A stretch of 48,980 nt of DNA, counting the filler, from Bipalium vagum (taxonomy: Eukaryota): the NCBI GenBank assembly GCA_037834085.1. It is 2 parts of 2 records of this genome, joined end to end, with 100 filler letters (N's around TTAATTAATTAA, not from the genome) between each part and the next. Parts side by side here need not be neighbours in the genome. Positions count along the whole stretch, not along the records: positions 1 to 23,913 come from JBBMKC010204932.1; positions 24,014 to 48,980 come from JBBMKC010197942.1. One strand, 5' to 3'. Within the stretch, counting starts at the first letter, position 1. Every line of letters starts with the position of its first letter. The translations under genes were made by a program, and so were the position numbers. Under the pieces are notes generated by a model. The model was given only the letters and a program-made list of their open reading frames with translations, was not told the origin of the DNA and made no database searches. This document shows positions 13,301 through 24,967 of the stretch, piece after piece.

Positions 13301-16300
13301 TCCGAAAAGTTTCTGGTCTTCACTATTAATAACAAGGCTAAGTAGATTTTATATGTTTATTTTAAAGAACAATCCTCTAAATTAATGAATATACAATTTT
13401 ATTGATTTCATTTAATTATTTATAATTATTATTTAAATATTTTTAATAGATGCATTTTTGAAAATTGAGAAATACGAAATTAGGATATTACTGAAACATT
13501 ATTTTATGAAGAGAAAAAACAAGTTTGCTTAAACATTATGGACAATCAGCAAGATCGTATTCCCATATTAAAAATTGATATTCGAATTCAAAACGAGATC
13601 GCAAATGGACTAAAGGTAAATGTCGTAGTGGTCGTCCAAATGAAGGAACAACTAACCAAAATACCAGGATAATACACGAAATTTTATTGGCTGGTTGAAA
13701 AATGAAGGTTAGACGGATTGCTGATGTGATGCGTATTTCAAAAGACAGTGTATAGTGTACAATACATGAAAAATCAAAAATGAACAAGGTGATTGCGAAA
13801 TGGGAGCCATGCTCATTAACCGTTGTTTAAAAGAAGTAATATTAATGATTCGGAGGGAAATTTGGCACTGTTTCAAAAAAATACAAACGAATTGATGCGT
13901 CGATACGTCACTTGCGATGAAACATGGATTCATTATTACACTCCAGAGTCTACTCAATAATTGAATCAGTGCATTTCACCTGTGGAAAGTGCACCGAAAA
14001 GACCAAAAACACAAAAGCGGCTGGTAATATTCTGGGATGTCAAGGGTATATTATTCATAGACTATCTTGAGAAATGCAAAACTATCACAGGATCTTAAAT
14101 ATGCAGCGTTGCTTGATTGTTTGAAGGATGAACTCAAGAGAAGTCCACATTTGACGAAGAAAAAATTGCTGTCATCATGACAACACATTATCTCAAACAT
14201 CAGTTGTTGCTCTAGCAAAATTAGGGAAATTAGGCTTTGGGTTGATATCTCAAGCTCCATATTCTTCGGATTTGGTACCCAGTGACTTATTTTATTTCCT
14301 AATTTCAAAAAGTTCTTTCCAACAAGAGATTTAATTCAAAAGTGGAAGTGAAACAGAAAACAGAACAGTATTTTGGAGACTTTCTGCCAACTCATCTTTT
14401 AGAAGGCATAGAAAATCGCTGGTTCTGATTAAAATGAGTACTTTTTGTGACTTCGTTGTTCTTTCTCGACAAGGACAGGAACTTTTCGGAAAACCTATTA
14501 TAATGTAAGCTTTTGTTTTAATTTTAAGTTACTATCAAAGTATCGATTTTCAAAACTTATCTTTGTATCCCTTATCTTATGGATAATTGAGAAAAATCAA
14601 TTCCTAATTATTAGTAGTCTATATATGATACTTTTTAATTAGTTATAAAATAAAAACTCACTTTTTTGTACTTTCTTTTCTTATTCTTTGATCTTCTTTT
14701 CTTTCATTTCTTATTAATATATTTTTTATTTAAATTTTAATATTAAACTAAACTTAGACTAATTAGACAGTTCTTTTTATAGTTTCTATTTTAAAAAATA
14801 TTTATTTTATTAATTATTTATATTTTTTACTTCAATATCCATTAACATTTCTTTCTTTAAGGTTGTCAAGGTTTCCAATTTTCTTAAATCGATATACTTG
14901 TAAATAATGAAAAAATGGAAACAACTTTAAAAAATACCAATAATAATATATTATATATTAATATTAATCGACAAATTGTCGCCTTTGATAACGAAAGGTT
15001 ATTTGTTTAAACAAGTCTTTTAATTTTAATAAATTTTATGCTTTATAAAACTCATTTTCCAAACCTAATATATTAAGGTGATATAAAATAATAATTAATA
15101 CTTAGGCCCTAATTGTTGACTTTTCTTTAAACTTTTTACGGCAACCATCATTGATTCTAATCAAAGAATTGATAAACTTAGTTACATTATCTGTTTTGTT
15201 ACAGATATATAAATAAGGATGTCTAACATAGAAAAATTTGTTTTACTATAAAGAAAAAGTTTGTTTGTATGGGTGATAAAAATAAATATAAATATTACAA
15301 GTTTTGCTTATCGATAATTAATACTGGTTTTTTAATAATCGATTTTAATTTTCTCAACTGCTGAGACTTTTGAAATTAGAATGAGAATTTATTTAAATGA
15401 TAATCGATTTTTTAGATTTAATTCCCATCCTTCTTTTATAACATTCAATTTGTTTTTCATTTTGCCCAAGTAAACCATATTTATGTTTCATATTTTACCT
15501 TTTATCGATCTTGAGAGATGGATTACTGTAAAGGATTTAATTATAAATTCTTTAATATTTACATTAACCGAACCTGTTCAGAATCTGGATCCAAATCTAA
15601 TTTTATTTGAATACCATTCTGAAATCAAATAACATATATAAATCTAAAACCTTTACTGATTTTAACACGTACGTTTCATATTGTCAATAACCACTAGTGC
15701 TATACGATCGATAAACATAACATACTAAAGATAATTTTAAAATATAATATTTACACTAAAATATCCTTATAAATCAATACCACTCAAAAAAGACAAAATA
15801 AAGCAAGAAAAAAAACTTGAAAAAAAATAACGAACTTTTTTCTTCTGAGGTCCCAGGGTACGTCTTCTAGGTCTCACGGTCACTTATAAATTACCAAACT
15901 CACGTAAGTCTTATTTATCATTCCCAGATTTTGTAAATGTTTCCGTATGGTTTCTTTAGAAGCACAAAATTCTGCACCTTAACTGCGATATCAAAAAAAT
16001 CATTCATAATTTTAATGATATACTTTTGAATGGCTTTTTAAAACAATAATACTTAAACAATTATTCCATTCTTAATAAACTAAAATATATTGTGCTATAG
16101 TTAAATATCAAAATTCAGTAAAAATTATATTAAAATAAATATACAAAATAAAATTAAATAAATATTAAAATTAAATTTACAATTAATTAAAATTTTTAAT
16201 TAGGCACAGTATAAAAATTCGAAAATTAGAAATCAGCTTAAATACTCACACTGCAGATAATTTTCTAATATTGATTGATGAATAAACTTCTATGAATGTC

Positions 16301-19300
16301 CTCAATGCATCGGAATAAGTAGAACCTGTTCCAGCAATATATATTTTATTACTCCAGATCAGAATCACCACTTCAAAATTATTTTGTGGCGCTTTTGTTA
16401 TTGATATCTTTTTAGTTGGCTTTCAAAATATTTTGGAAGTGGCTATTGGAACTCGTACAATAGTAATTCTGAAGCCAGATTTTTCATGAAAATTTTAATT
16501 TAATTTCAAAGGTAGCAAGAGAAGTATAAAATCCAAATTTTCGGAAACTTATGTGCCTTCCTAATACAGGTTCATATCAGCAGCACTTTGACAATCCAAA
16601 GATACTATAAATAGATACTTACACAAGTTTGGATTTTCCAAGAAAGAACCAAAAGAAGATCCACGTGAATTAACAATTTCACAAAATGACCACAGAATAT
16701 TTATTTACAAAAAATTACTAAAAATCTTCCTAATGATCGTTTCTAAAAAACAAATCATAACAGGGGATGAGAAATGGATATTCTTTCAGAAGTTTGACAG
16801 AAAAACTCTGGATATCTTCTGATAATAAGCCGTTGTGAGTTCCCAAACAGATTTGATTGGGAAAAAAGGTTCTGTTAATCATATGGATGAATTTTGAGGG
16901 AACTATCCACATTCACCTGGTTCTTAGAAGTGGATCAGTGAATGCTGAATACACACAGAGCAGTTGAAACTTGTTTATAACATTTTTAGGACATGTGTAA
17001 ATTTAATAAACAGAAAACGCGCTCTGTTGCAACATGATAGTGCTCCCGAGCATCGAACTCATTTGACAAAAACTGAAATCCAGAAAATGCATGGTGTGCA
17101 ATTGCTTTCACATCCATCATATAAGGATCAACTGTTTGAACCGATGAAGAGGTCCATTAGCTCCATTAATTCTAACTTTTTATAATATTCTAGAACCCAG
17201 TTTCCGATATTTAAATATGGACTTAATTAAATCGCTCTTTGACCCATTTGTTAATGCTCCGGTTTATATATACTAATTTGTACTTAAATATAATTTTATA
17301 GGGGTATTTGTATTTTAATAAAAGTATAATTCGGGAGGAAAACCTGTCTGAATATAATAAATGAATACTATTAAAGTTATAAATTTCTCATATTTTTCGT
17401 TGTATTATTAACAGAAAACCGAACATCATGTCAAACAAATATCCACAAGTACCTTGCGATTCTGGAAGAAGCCTACAGAGGAAAAATTCAAAGCTTGTCA
17501 ACGGCGTACTCAAGATAACTTTTATAATTTGAATAAGGCTTCCTCGAGACTTAAGTCAATCACGAACAACATCAACATTTCATCCGAGATCAGTTGGTAT
17601 AATGAAGAGCGACGTTTAGAAAATTCGGAGAATTTGGAAAAAATGTGGAATAAGCATGCCGCAGAGTCTGTCTCGATTCTTGGGTATAGTAAAGCTTTTT
17701 AAGATAACAAAATTTCTAATGAGTGAAAATTTTTTCAGAGGAGATCCCAATGCAACAGAAACATACAACCTTGAAAACTATTATGAAAACGTTGACATCA
17801 GAATGAAAAATTCCCAGTCGGCGGGAAACATTAATTCTTTGTCAAGAACAGATTCCATATTTAAATCGACTAATAATGGTCAGATATGTTTTCTTTATTG
17901 ATATATTTTCAATATTTGTCCTTTCATTTTCTATCTAACTTTTAAGATTAAGATTATTTTCTTGCATTTTTGATTTTATTTTATTTTCATATAAAACATT
18001 TTAATATCTCTTGCAAATCTTGCTTATTTTAATAACTTATTTGTGCTACTGAAACTGTTACTATTTTCCTCTATTGAAATATGTAACTTAGCTAAAAAAT
18101 TCCCTAACTCCTCACTTCATTGATATCGTGTTCGTTAAATTTACATTCCCATAAAATCTATTCTCTGTTGAATCAAAATAACCTCAATTAAACCTTATCT
18201 CTACTCGTATCAAGTGAATCAAAGCAATCACAGAAAAAGTTTATTATTATACAATTCGCAATAAGAAAAAAATTAATAATTAGCCGACGACCGTCAATCT
18301 CCAGTCTTGGAAGGCTATTTCCTCTCATTGCCCATTTATTTTGAGACTTATTTGTTATTATCTCGACGTCAAGATAATATCAGATATAGAATGGACATAT
18401 CAACTGATCGGATGTATTTTATTTTGCATAATGAATTAGACATGAAGAAATTATCGGCAAGATGGGTGCCGCGTTTACTTCATGCTGCATTACAAAAACA
18501 AGTTAGAGTAAACCTTTCTCAAGAGTGTCTGGTACGTTTTTAGTAGAATAAAACTGATTTTGTACGAATATTTGTTATTACAGAGGAGACATGGGTTCAT
18601 TACTACACCCCAGAAAGCAAAGCCCAATCTAAGTAGTAGAAACATTGGAAGTCTCCACCTCCAAAGAAAGAGGTGAACGTTAATCTGTTGGTAAGGTTAG
18701 AGTAACAACATTTTGGAATGCCAAAGGAATTCTTATGATCGATTATTTCCAAAAAGATGAAACAATCAATGAAGAATGTTACGTAAAGATGTTCGATAAA
18801 TTGGATACTATCATTAATGAAAACAGATCCAGTTTTCAGAAAAAAAATTGTCATCAAGATAATGCACGTCCACATACGACATATATTAAAGTGGCTAAAA
18901 TTAATGAAATAAAGTACGAACTTCTTTAATATTTCTCATATTCACTCGATTTGGTTCCCTCTGACTTTTACTTGCTCCCAAAGTTGAAAAATTTTCGTGG
19001 TGGAAAGCTCTTCTCCACAAGAGAAAAGGTTCCTGAAGCGGTAAATCATTATTTTGGAAGTCTTGACGAGACTCACTTTCGAGAGGACATTATGGCTTTA
19101 GAACATTGTTGGTAGAAGTTGGAAAGAAGAAAATAACTCATCAAAGCACCATAATTAGAATAATTCAATCTCTTTTGTCCAAATTAAGATAGCCCATATT
19201 ATGCCAGATCTGTTATTGTCTATTGGAGAGAAAAAGTATGTAGAGAAGCATGATATCCCTCCAAACATGTCTAAATGCCATCCAATTCAAGACTTCTAGA

Positions 19301-21686
19301 CTATTTTAAAAGGCTTTATAAACAAGAATAAATGACATAATAATGTTAAACAATTGTGTAGAAAATATGAATATTGTTACTGTGAGCTTCAATAGAGCTT
19401 TAATATTTAGTAAAAATCGAATCTTCTTTCTTCAACATTTACTTTTTCAATAAAATCCCAAACCTCTCAAATCAATAAGTAAATAACTTCAATTATGAGA
19501 TAATTAAATACCAGAAATTATTTCAATAAAGTTTAATTTCAATGATGTTCAACCCCTCATCCATGACATTCGAAGTCAGTTGATTTTGTAAGGAAATAAG
19601 ACAGGATTGAAAATAATTGTTTGTAAAATAAATAAATCTTATTGCGCTCTATTTATTTTACATCTGAAAAAAGATTGTTCAATATACTGAAAAAGTTGTA
19701 ACATATTAAAAGTTTTCACATTTTTATCATCACCCATTCTTATTATCTCAAAAAACTGAAGGAAAAGAAATTTTATCTCTGTGAGTGAATAATTAAAATA
19801 CACAAATGAATCATATTCTACATATTATTTTTATTATGGGAATCAAAACTCAAAAACATAATGAGTGTAACATAATTTTTCGTGATTTTGAATAATGATA
19901 AATAAATATTTTATTTAAAAATAATAAAGAACAATCCTTCCTAAAATAATTTCCATTATTACTGATGACCGTCAATCTTTATAACAGCTGGTCGAAATCT
20001 TTATGTCAGTAATCGCTAGATCTACTCAAAAAAAAATTGGTCAATAACTTTAACAACTTTCATTTGTTTTATTTGTTCAAAATTTATGGCACACAAGGAT
20101 TCAGTTTTTGTTTATTCCCATTTGATTTATGGTGTTGGAATCTGTCACTGAATAGCTGTTCATCCTCTTATACAAATATCTACATGTTTTTCTTTCACGA
20201 GGGCCATCAATTGGTCATCATCGAAATTTGATGGCCGACCGATATGAAGACTTTAAGATTAAAGGTATCATTTTCAAATTTTGCAGTTCCAGACCAAAGC
20301 ATGATTTCCCTACAAATTAAAAATTTACGGGACAGTTTTTTACTTGATTAAAATAAAATAGAAATAGGTGATGAAAACGGTGTCTGATCAACTTAGCACT
20401 AAATTTTAAAGCTATTAAATATAAATAAAATAAAATGACATTTTAAAAAACTGCACTGTACTTTTGTTGAGCCCAAAACTATCTTTCGAATGAATTAATT
20501 TGATATTAAATAAAAATGATTCCGTAAAACAAAACCATAATATAATAAATTCACGAAAAATGATGTTAAACCCAATATATAACAGTCAAACAAATCATGA
20601 ATTGTTTTTCGTTTTTGACCAAAAGACCAAGTTCATGGGGTCTCCAGAATACCATCGCTTAAAGTATGTTCTTTTTTTTTAAATGGATCCAAATGACGCT
20701 TGAAAATTTTAAAATCACCGCCCGCGTAAACTTCTCACCTAAAGTTTTAATGGAAGAATTATTGAAATGAAAATATTCAATCTAAAAATTGAATGTTTCC
20801 TTTCCATTTGATTTTATAACGTTTCCACCTACTTCGATTTAGATGAGTATTGGAAATCATGTCAGTCGGATGGCGAGGACTCCGTCGAACAGAAAAAGTA
20901 AGGACATGATAGAATTAGAAATAATATTCATAAAACATTTCAGCTTTTCTCCTACGACGTACTTTAAGGCAACTGAGAACGCCGTGTCTTATTCCGGAGG
21001 AAATGGGAAAGCGAAGCTTAAAAGCAAACGAAGTACGATAATGGTTACGGTCTTTCTAACATTATCGATTTTGTCTGAATGTTTTTGAATTTTAATTTAA
21101 TGATGAAAACGATATTACAGAAAGCTCCAAACAAAGTAGACCAAAGCCTCCGACAAGAAGTGATTCCCTTTTCCGAAGCCTTGAATTAATTTGCAATAAA
21201 TTGCAGTCTTCGATTTCAAAATCTCCAAGTGATTCCTTCAGAAATCTAAAAAATCAATACAATTACCAGGAATGGTTGAAAAGCCTTCCATATCGTCAAG
21301 AGAACCAATCTTCCAGTTCAATAAAAATGCGTCCTAAAATGACGAAGAGACATTGTGTCAGTGAGGTTTTGAATGCAGAAATCCCTGGTCTCGGTGTTGG
21401 TGAAGAGCATCAGCACTCTTGTCCAACATTGAAATTCGATCACTGTGCGGACGAGAATTCGCCATTTAAGATGTCAAATTCACATTCTGATACGGTTATC
21501 AAGAAGTCTCATCGGAATGACGATGTAGCAATTTGTGTAGGGAATCCCTCACTACGCAGAAGCAACAGCCTTGATGGTCTCGGAAAGTCATTTGAATGGA
21601 ACAAAAGACTGTCAGCCAACTTAGAGTCTTCATATTCAGAGATCAGAAAACATAATTTTGAATCATATATAAGATTAAAAGATTGA
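7386..21686 (+). CDS. Unrecognised multi-exon gene, ~602 aa, Ser/Lys/Asn-rich, probably largely disordered
   Basis: Hand-built exons: 7386-7412 (tentative), 10298-10960, 17415-17683, 17739-17878, 20843-20897, 20944-21032, 21121-21686. All introns are GT-AG, the phases chain 0,0,2,1,2,1 without stops, and three introns are short (55, 46, 88 nt). No domain recognised. Confidence 0.7.
8589..8911 (-). mobile_element. Non-autonomous mariner deletion derivative (MITE-like, 323 bp)
   Basis: 31-bp TIRs with one mismatch (ttacgttgtccagtatgaaattgcggatttt / aaaatccgcaatttcatactggacaacctaa), each flanked by TA. The interior minus strand encodes the mariner C-terminal remnant WQQCVKSDGKYFN. Confidence 0.88.
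9340..9760 (+). mobile_element. maT/rosa-like (DD37D/DD41D) transposase C-terminal relic
   Basis: AVRECLWQTFPEKWNSRLGAIAWPPK matches the family motif VR..L...FP.RWIGR.G...WPPRSPDL. Confidence 0.7.
13293..14497 (+). mobile_element. Near full-length degenerate mariner (~1.2 kb)
   Basis: Imperfect TIRs (ctagggtgtccgaaaagtttctggtctt vs ataggttttccgaaaagttcctgtcctt) flanked by TA. Translated pieces include RSGRP, YVTCDETWIHYYTPES and PYSSDLVPSD, with many stops and frameshifts. Confidence 0.88.
16300..16490 (-). mobile_element. Mariner N-terminal relic
   Basis: The minus strand gives LLYEFQ and SGDSDLE, similar to mariner LYEFK..F.SGD.DLED. Confidence 0.45.
16560..17180 (+). mobile_element. Mariner transposase relic
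   Basis: FLKQIITGDEKWIFF, KKVLLIIWMNFEG, LLQHDSAPEH and LSHPSY. Confidence 0.85.
18370..19130 (+). mobile_element. Mariner transposase relic, 5' truncated (same type as 13293-14497)
   Basis: LSARWVPRLL, VITEETWVHYYTPESK, HQDNARPHT and YSLDLVPSDFYLLPKLK. Confidence 0.88.
19160..19400 (+). mobile_element. DD37E-like ITm transposase C-terminal relic
   Basis: YVEKHDIPPNMSKCHPIQDF*TILK resembles the DD37E motif NPPNVPQ.RPIE.FW..LK. Confidence 0.5.
19940..20300 (-). mobile_element. Deleted mariner relic
   Basis: The minus strand gives AKFENDTFNL and GRPSNFDDDQLMALVKE, plus NNGNYF near the 3' end. Confidence 0.65.
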
Positions 21687-21773
21687 CATCCGAAAGATCC
21701 AAAATTGGAAATGAAAATTTTTGTTTTGATAACAAAATAAATTTGCTGATGATTTTTTATATTTTACCTCTTC

Positions 21774-21775
<2 letters not shown>

Positions 21776-21849
<74 letters not shown>
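21776..21849. repeat. (TTA)n microsatellite, ~90 nt downstream of the orphan gene stop
   Basis: Perfect TTA run. It explains the spurious poly-Leu and poly-Ile ORFs. Confidence 0.97.
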
Positions 21850-22391
21850 TTATCAAATTTCAATTTAATCTGACAATGATACATTTTTTCACAGCTTAAT
21901 TCTTTCTTTTAGAAGATAGTTTACTGAAAATGTAGTATAGATTAATAAATATAGATTATGTAAGTGTTTGGTTTGACGCTTACTGGGAGATCTAATCTCG
22001 AAAATATAAAAATGCTAACAATATTAATATAGGTTAGATATGAGCTCACCAACTCCTTCAAAGGTAGTATAACAAATGAGTGTTCTAAGATACGAACTAA
22101 ATCAACTGAAATAATACGATTTTTATATTTTGTAAAACAAATACAACTCTTATCAAAATAATAATATTAATTAATTAAATTCTTCTTGTTTTTACGATAA
22201 CCGAAGAAGCCCTAATGTTTTATATTCCAAATAAGGTTTACCCTTATTTTCAAAATTTATTAGCGATATCATTTTATGTTTAATATATATAATTTTATTC
22301 AAGTAGCAATTTATCATTTGTTTAAATATTGAAATATTGACTGTACGTTTTTGAATTTCAATAAATAATTTTTTCAAACCTTCTGATTAAG

Positions 22392-23466
22392 ATGACTTCT
22401 ACAAAATGTGAGGTAAGAATGTTGTTGCGCCACTATTTTGAAAAGATGCTTGAGCACGAAGGATGCTTGCAAGAAGATATTGGATGAAGGAATTGTTGCT
22501 CAGAGGACTACTGCTAAGTGATTTAAACGCTTCAATAATGGAAATTTGAACCTTGAAGACAAGCTGCGTTTAGGTCGACTTGCACTGCTTGTGGATGTTG
22601 AATTGATAACAGCCCTGAAAGACAATCCTTACTCAGGTTCACACGATTTAGTTACACATGTTGGTGTACATCAAACAACTTTCCTGAGACATTTACATCA
22701 ACTCGATTTTATTCACAGAAGAACCACTACAAGATCCACACACCTAAGTGAAGAACATCCAAGGAGCAGAGTTGGTATGTGAAAAAAAGCTGCTTGAGAA
22801 CAGGCTAGATGATTGTTTTTGGAGGCGTATTTTTATATCAGATGAAAAATGGATAAACTTAGTCAATCATAACCGAGAAAAACGATGGATTCCAAGAGCC
22901 CAATATCCGCCTTCAGTTGCACGTCGATCCAGGTTTTCCAGGACGTTCCTACTGTGTGCCTGGTGCAATTTAAAGGTATTCTTCATTATTAACTAGTTCC
23001 AAATGGTAAGGTGATAAATGCACAGGTTTATTGCCAGCAGCTTGATTGTGCTTTTGATGTACTTAAGCTGAAGTATTCTGTCCTCCTTCGATGAAAGCTG
23101 GCATTGTTTCACCCAGAACAATACCAAGCCACACACTGCTCGAATAACCCAAGAAAAATTTGAAAACCTTGAAGATTGAAATCTTGCCTTATCCTGTCTA
23201 TAGTTCTGATGCTGTGGCATCTGATTATGTTGTTTCGATCCATGCAATACTTCCTCAGAGGACTCCGATTTGAATCTGGAACTGAAATTGGAATGGCTTG
23301 TAAAGAATTTTTCGAATCAAAAAAGAAATGTGTAAATTTGACCAGATAAGAATACTATCAGGTCGGTCGCATAAAATCATTGAAGTTGGTGGACTTTATT
23401 TTGAAGAGTAGTGTTATTGTTGTAAATGAACAAATATAATTTTGAGCACGAACTTTTGCACCAACA
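22392..23466 (+). mobile_element. Near full-length degenerate mariner
   Basis: MTSTKCEVRMLLRHYF, NLEDKLRLGR, IFISDEKWINLVN, QNNTKPHTA and YSSDAVASDY. Right TIR-like end gcacgaacttttgcaccaacatag|ta. Confidence 0.88.
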
Positions 23467-23913
23467 TAGTATTATTAAATATTTTTAATAAAGATAAATT
23501 ATTAAATAAATAATTTTTAAAATTAAATTTAAAATAAGATCATAACACCCACAGAAAAAATATGAATAAATTAAAAAGTAACAAATCTTTACATAATAAA
23601 TAATTATCAAAATAAATTTACTGTTTTGTAAATTGTCCAATAGTTTTCTTCTATTTATAATAATAAGTAGATAAAAACTTAAATTATAATAATCCGAAGT
23701 TTTGAAATATTAAAATAAAATATTTATTACTAATTTGAAAAATTTATTTTTAGGAAATGGCTAAATAAAATTTTTTTCAACCTCTCACCAAAATATTTAT
23801 TAATTATTATTATATTATATTGGTGAAAAATAATTTATTCATAATAAAATATGTCAATATACAGAACAAAAATATCAATTTAAATATTACATGGTAATTA
23901 TAAAACGAAATAA

Positions 23914-24013
23914 NNNNNNNNNNNNNNNNNNNNNNNNNNNNNNNNNNNNNNNNNNNNTTAATTAATTAANNNNNNNNNNNNNNNNNNNNNNNNNNNNNNN
24001 NNNNNNNNNNNNN
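23914..24013. other. Artificial assembly spacer N44-TTAATTAATTAA-N44
   Basis: Exactly 100 nt, with a six-frame stop 12-mer centred between two equal N runs. Confidence 0.95.
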
Positions 24014-24967
24014 AATGGGATCAAAATCATAGTTCAAAATTATAGTTATTGGAATCCACTTGACTTTGATGATGACGTTGTGGTTTTTGGGAGAGGGTTT
24101 TGAGGTTTGTTTTGAGGTTTTTGTCGTAGCCTCCACATTATTATTTATACATTATTTATAGTTTTTATTATTTAATTTTCCCCGGGGGGTGTCTTGGTAA
24201 ACCCAACAAAATTAATGGTAAAACTCCACCTTCAGTCATGTGAGCTTTGCGTACACCTCCTGATTTTCTTATTTTATTTGTTCATCTATTTCATCTTTAA
24301 TTTTATTAATTATTGTTTTGGAGAGGTAATAATTTTAGGTTATGAGTTTAGGTTTACCTTCATCGATTATTTCTTGTAATTTATCCTCAGAAATTTCCTT
24401 TGGAATTTTTAATAAAAATTTTAAAAATACTTTTGATTTTTTTTAAAAAATGTTATTTTTTTAAAATTTTATATTTATATTTTAAATTATGAAGAAGATG
24501 ATATCGATTCAGAACGACTGTCCACCTTTTATTTCTATAAAGAATTTCATAGAAATTAAGAATTTTTATTAAGTTTATAGTAATAGTTAGAACTAAATTT
24601 TTCATGAAATTAATTATTTTTACTAATTCATTTTATAAAATTATCAATGAAGCAAATATTTATTCTTAACTCAAAAATCGTATATTTCTACTTTTTTTTA
24701 CTTTTGTTTATTTTAGAATTGACTTTTTTTATCGATTATATTTAATCAGTTAAAATAAATATGTACAAAAAATAAATTATTAACCATCTTAAAGAGAAAC
24801 TTGATACAAAAACCTAATGATTAACATTTCTATAATATTTCTAAGCGTAATTATTGTTTAAATGATATAAATTATGAATTACAACTTTTTTGTAAATTAC
24901 TTATATTCTTAAGCACGTATTCTTAAATACATATTAAAAATTGTTAAATTCTTTTTTATTACTTAAA

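Noticed and set aside
21675-21884. Poly-Ile and poly-Leu ORFs
   Set aside because: They are translations of the (TTA)n microsatellite.
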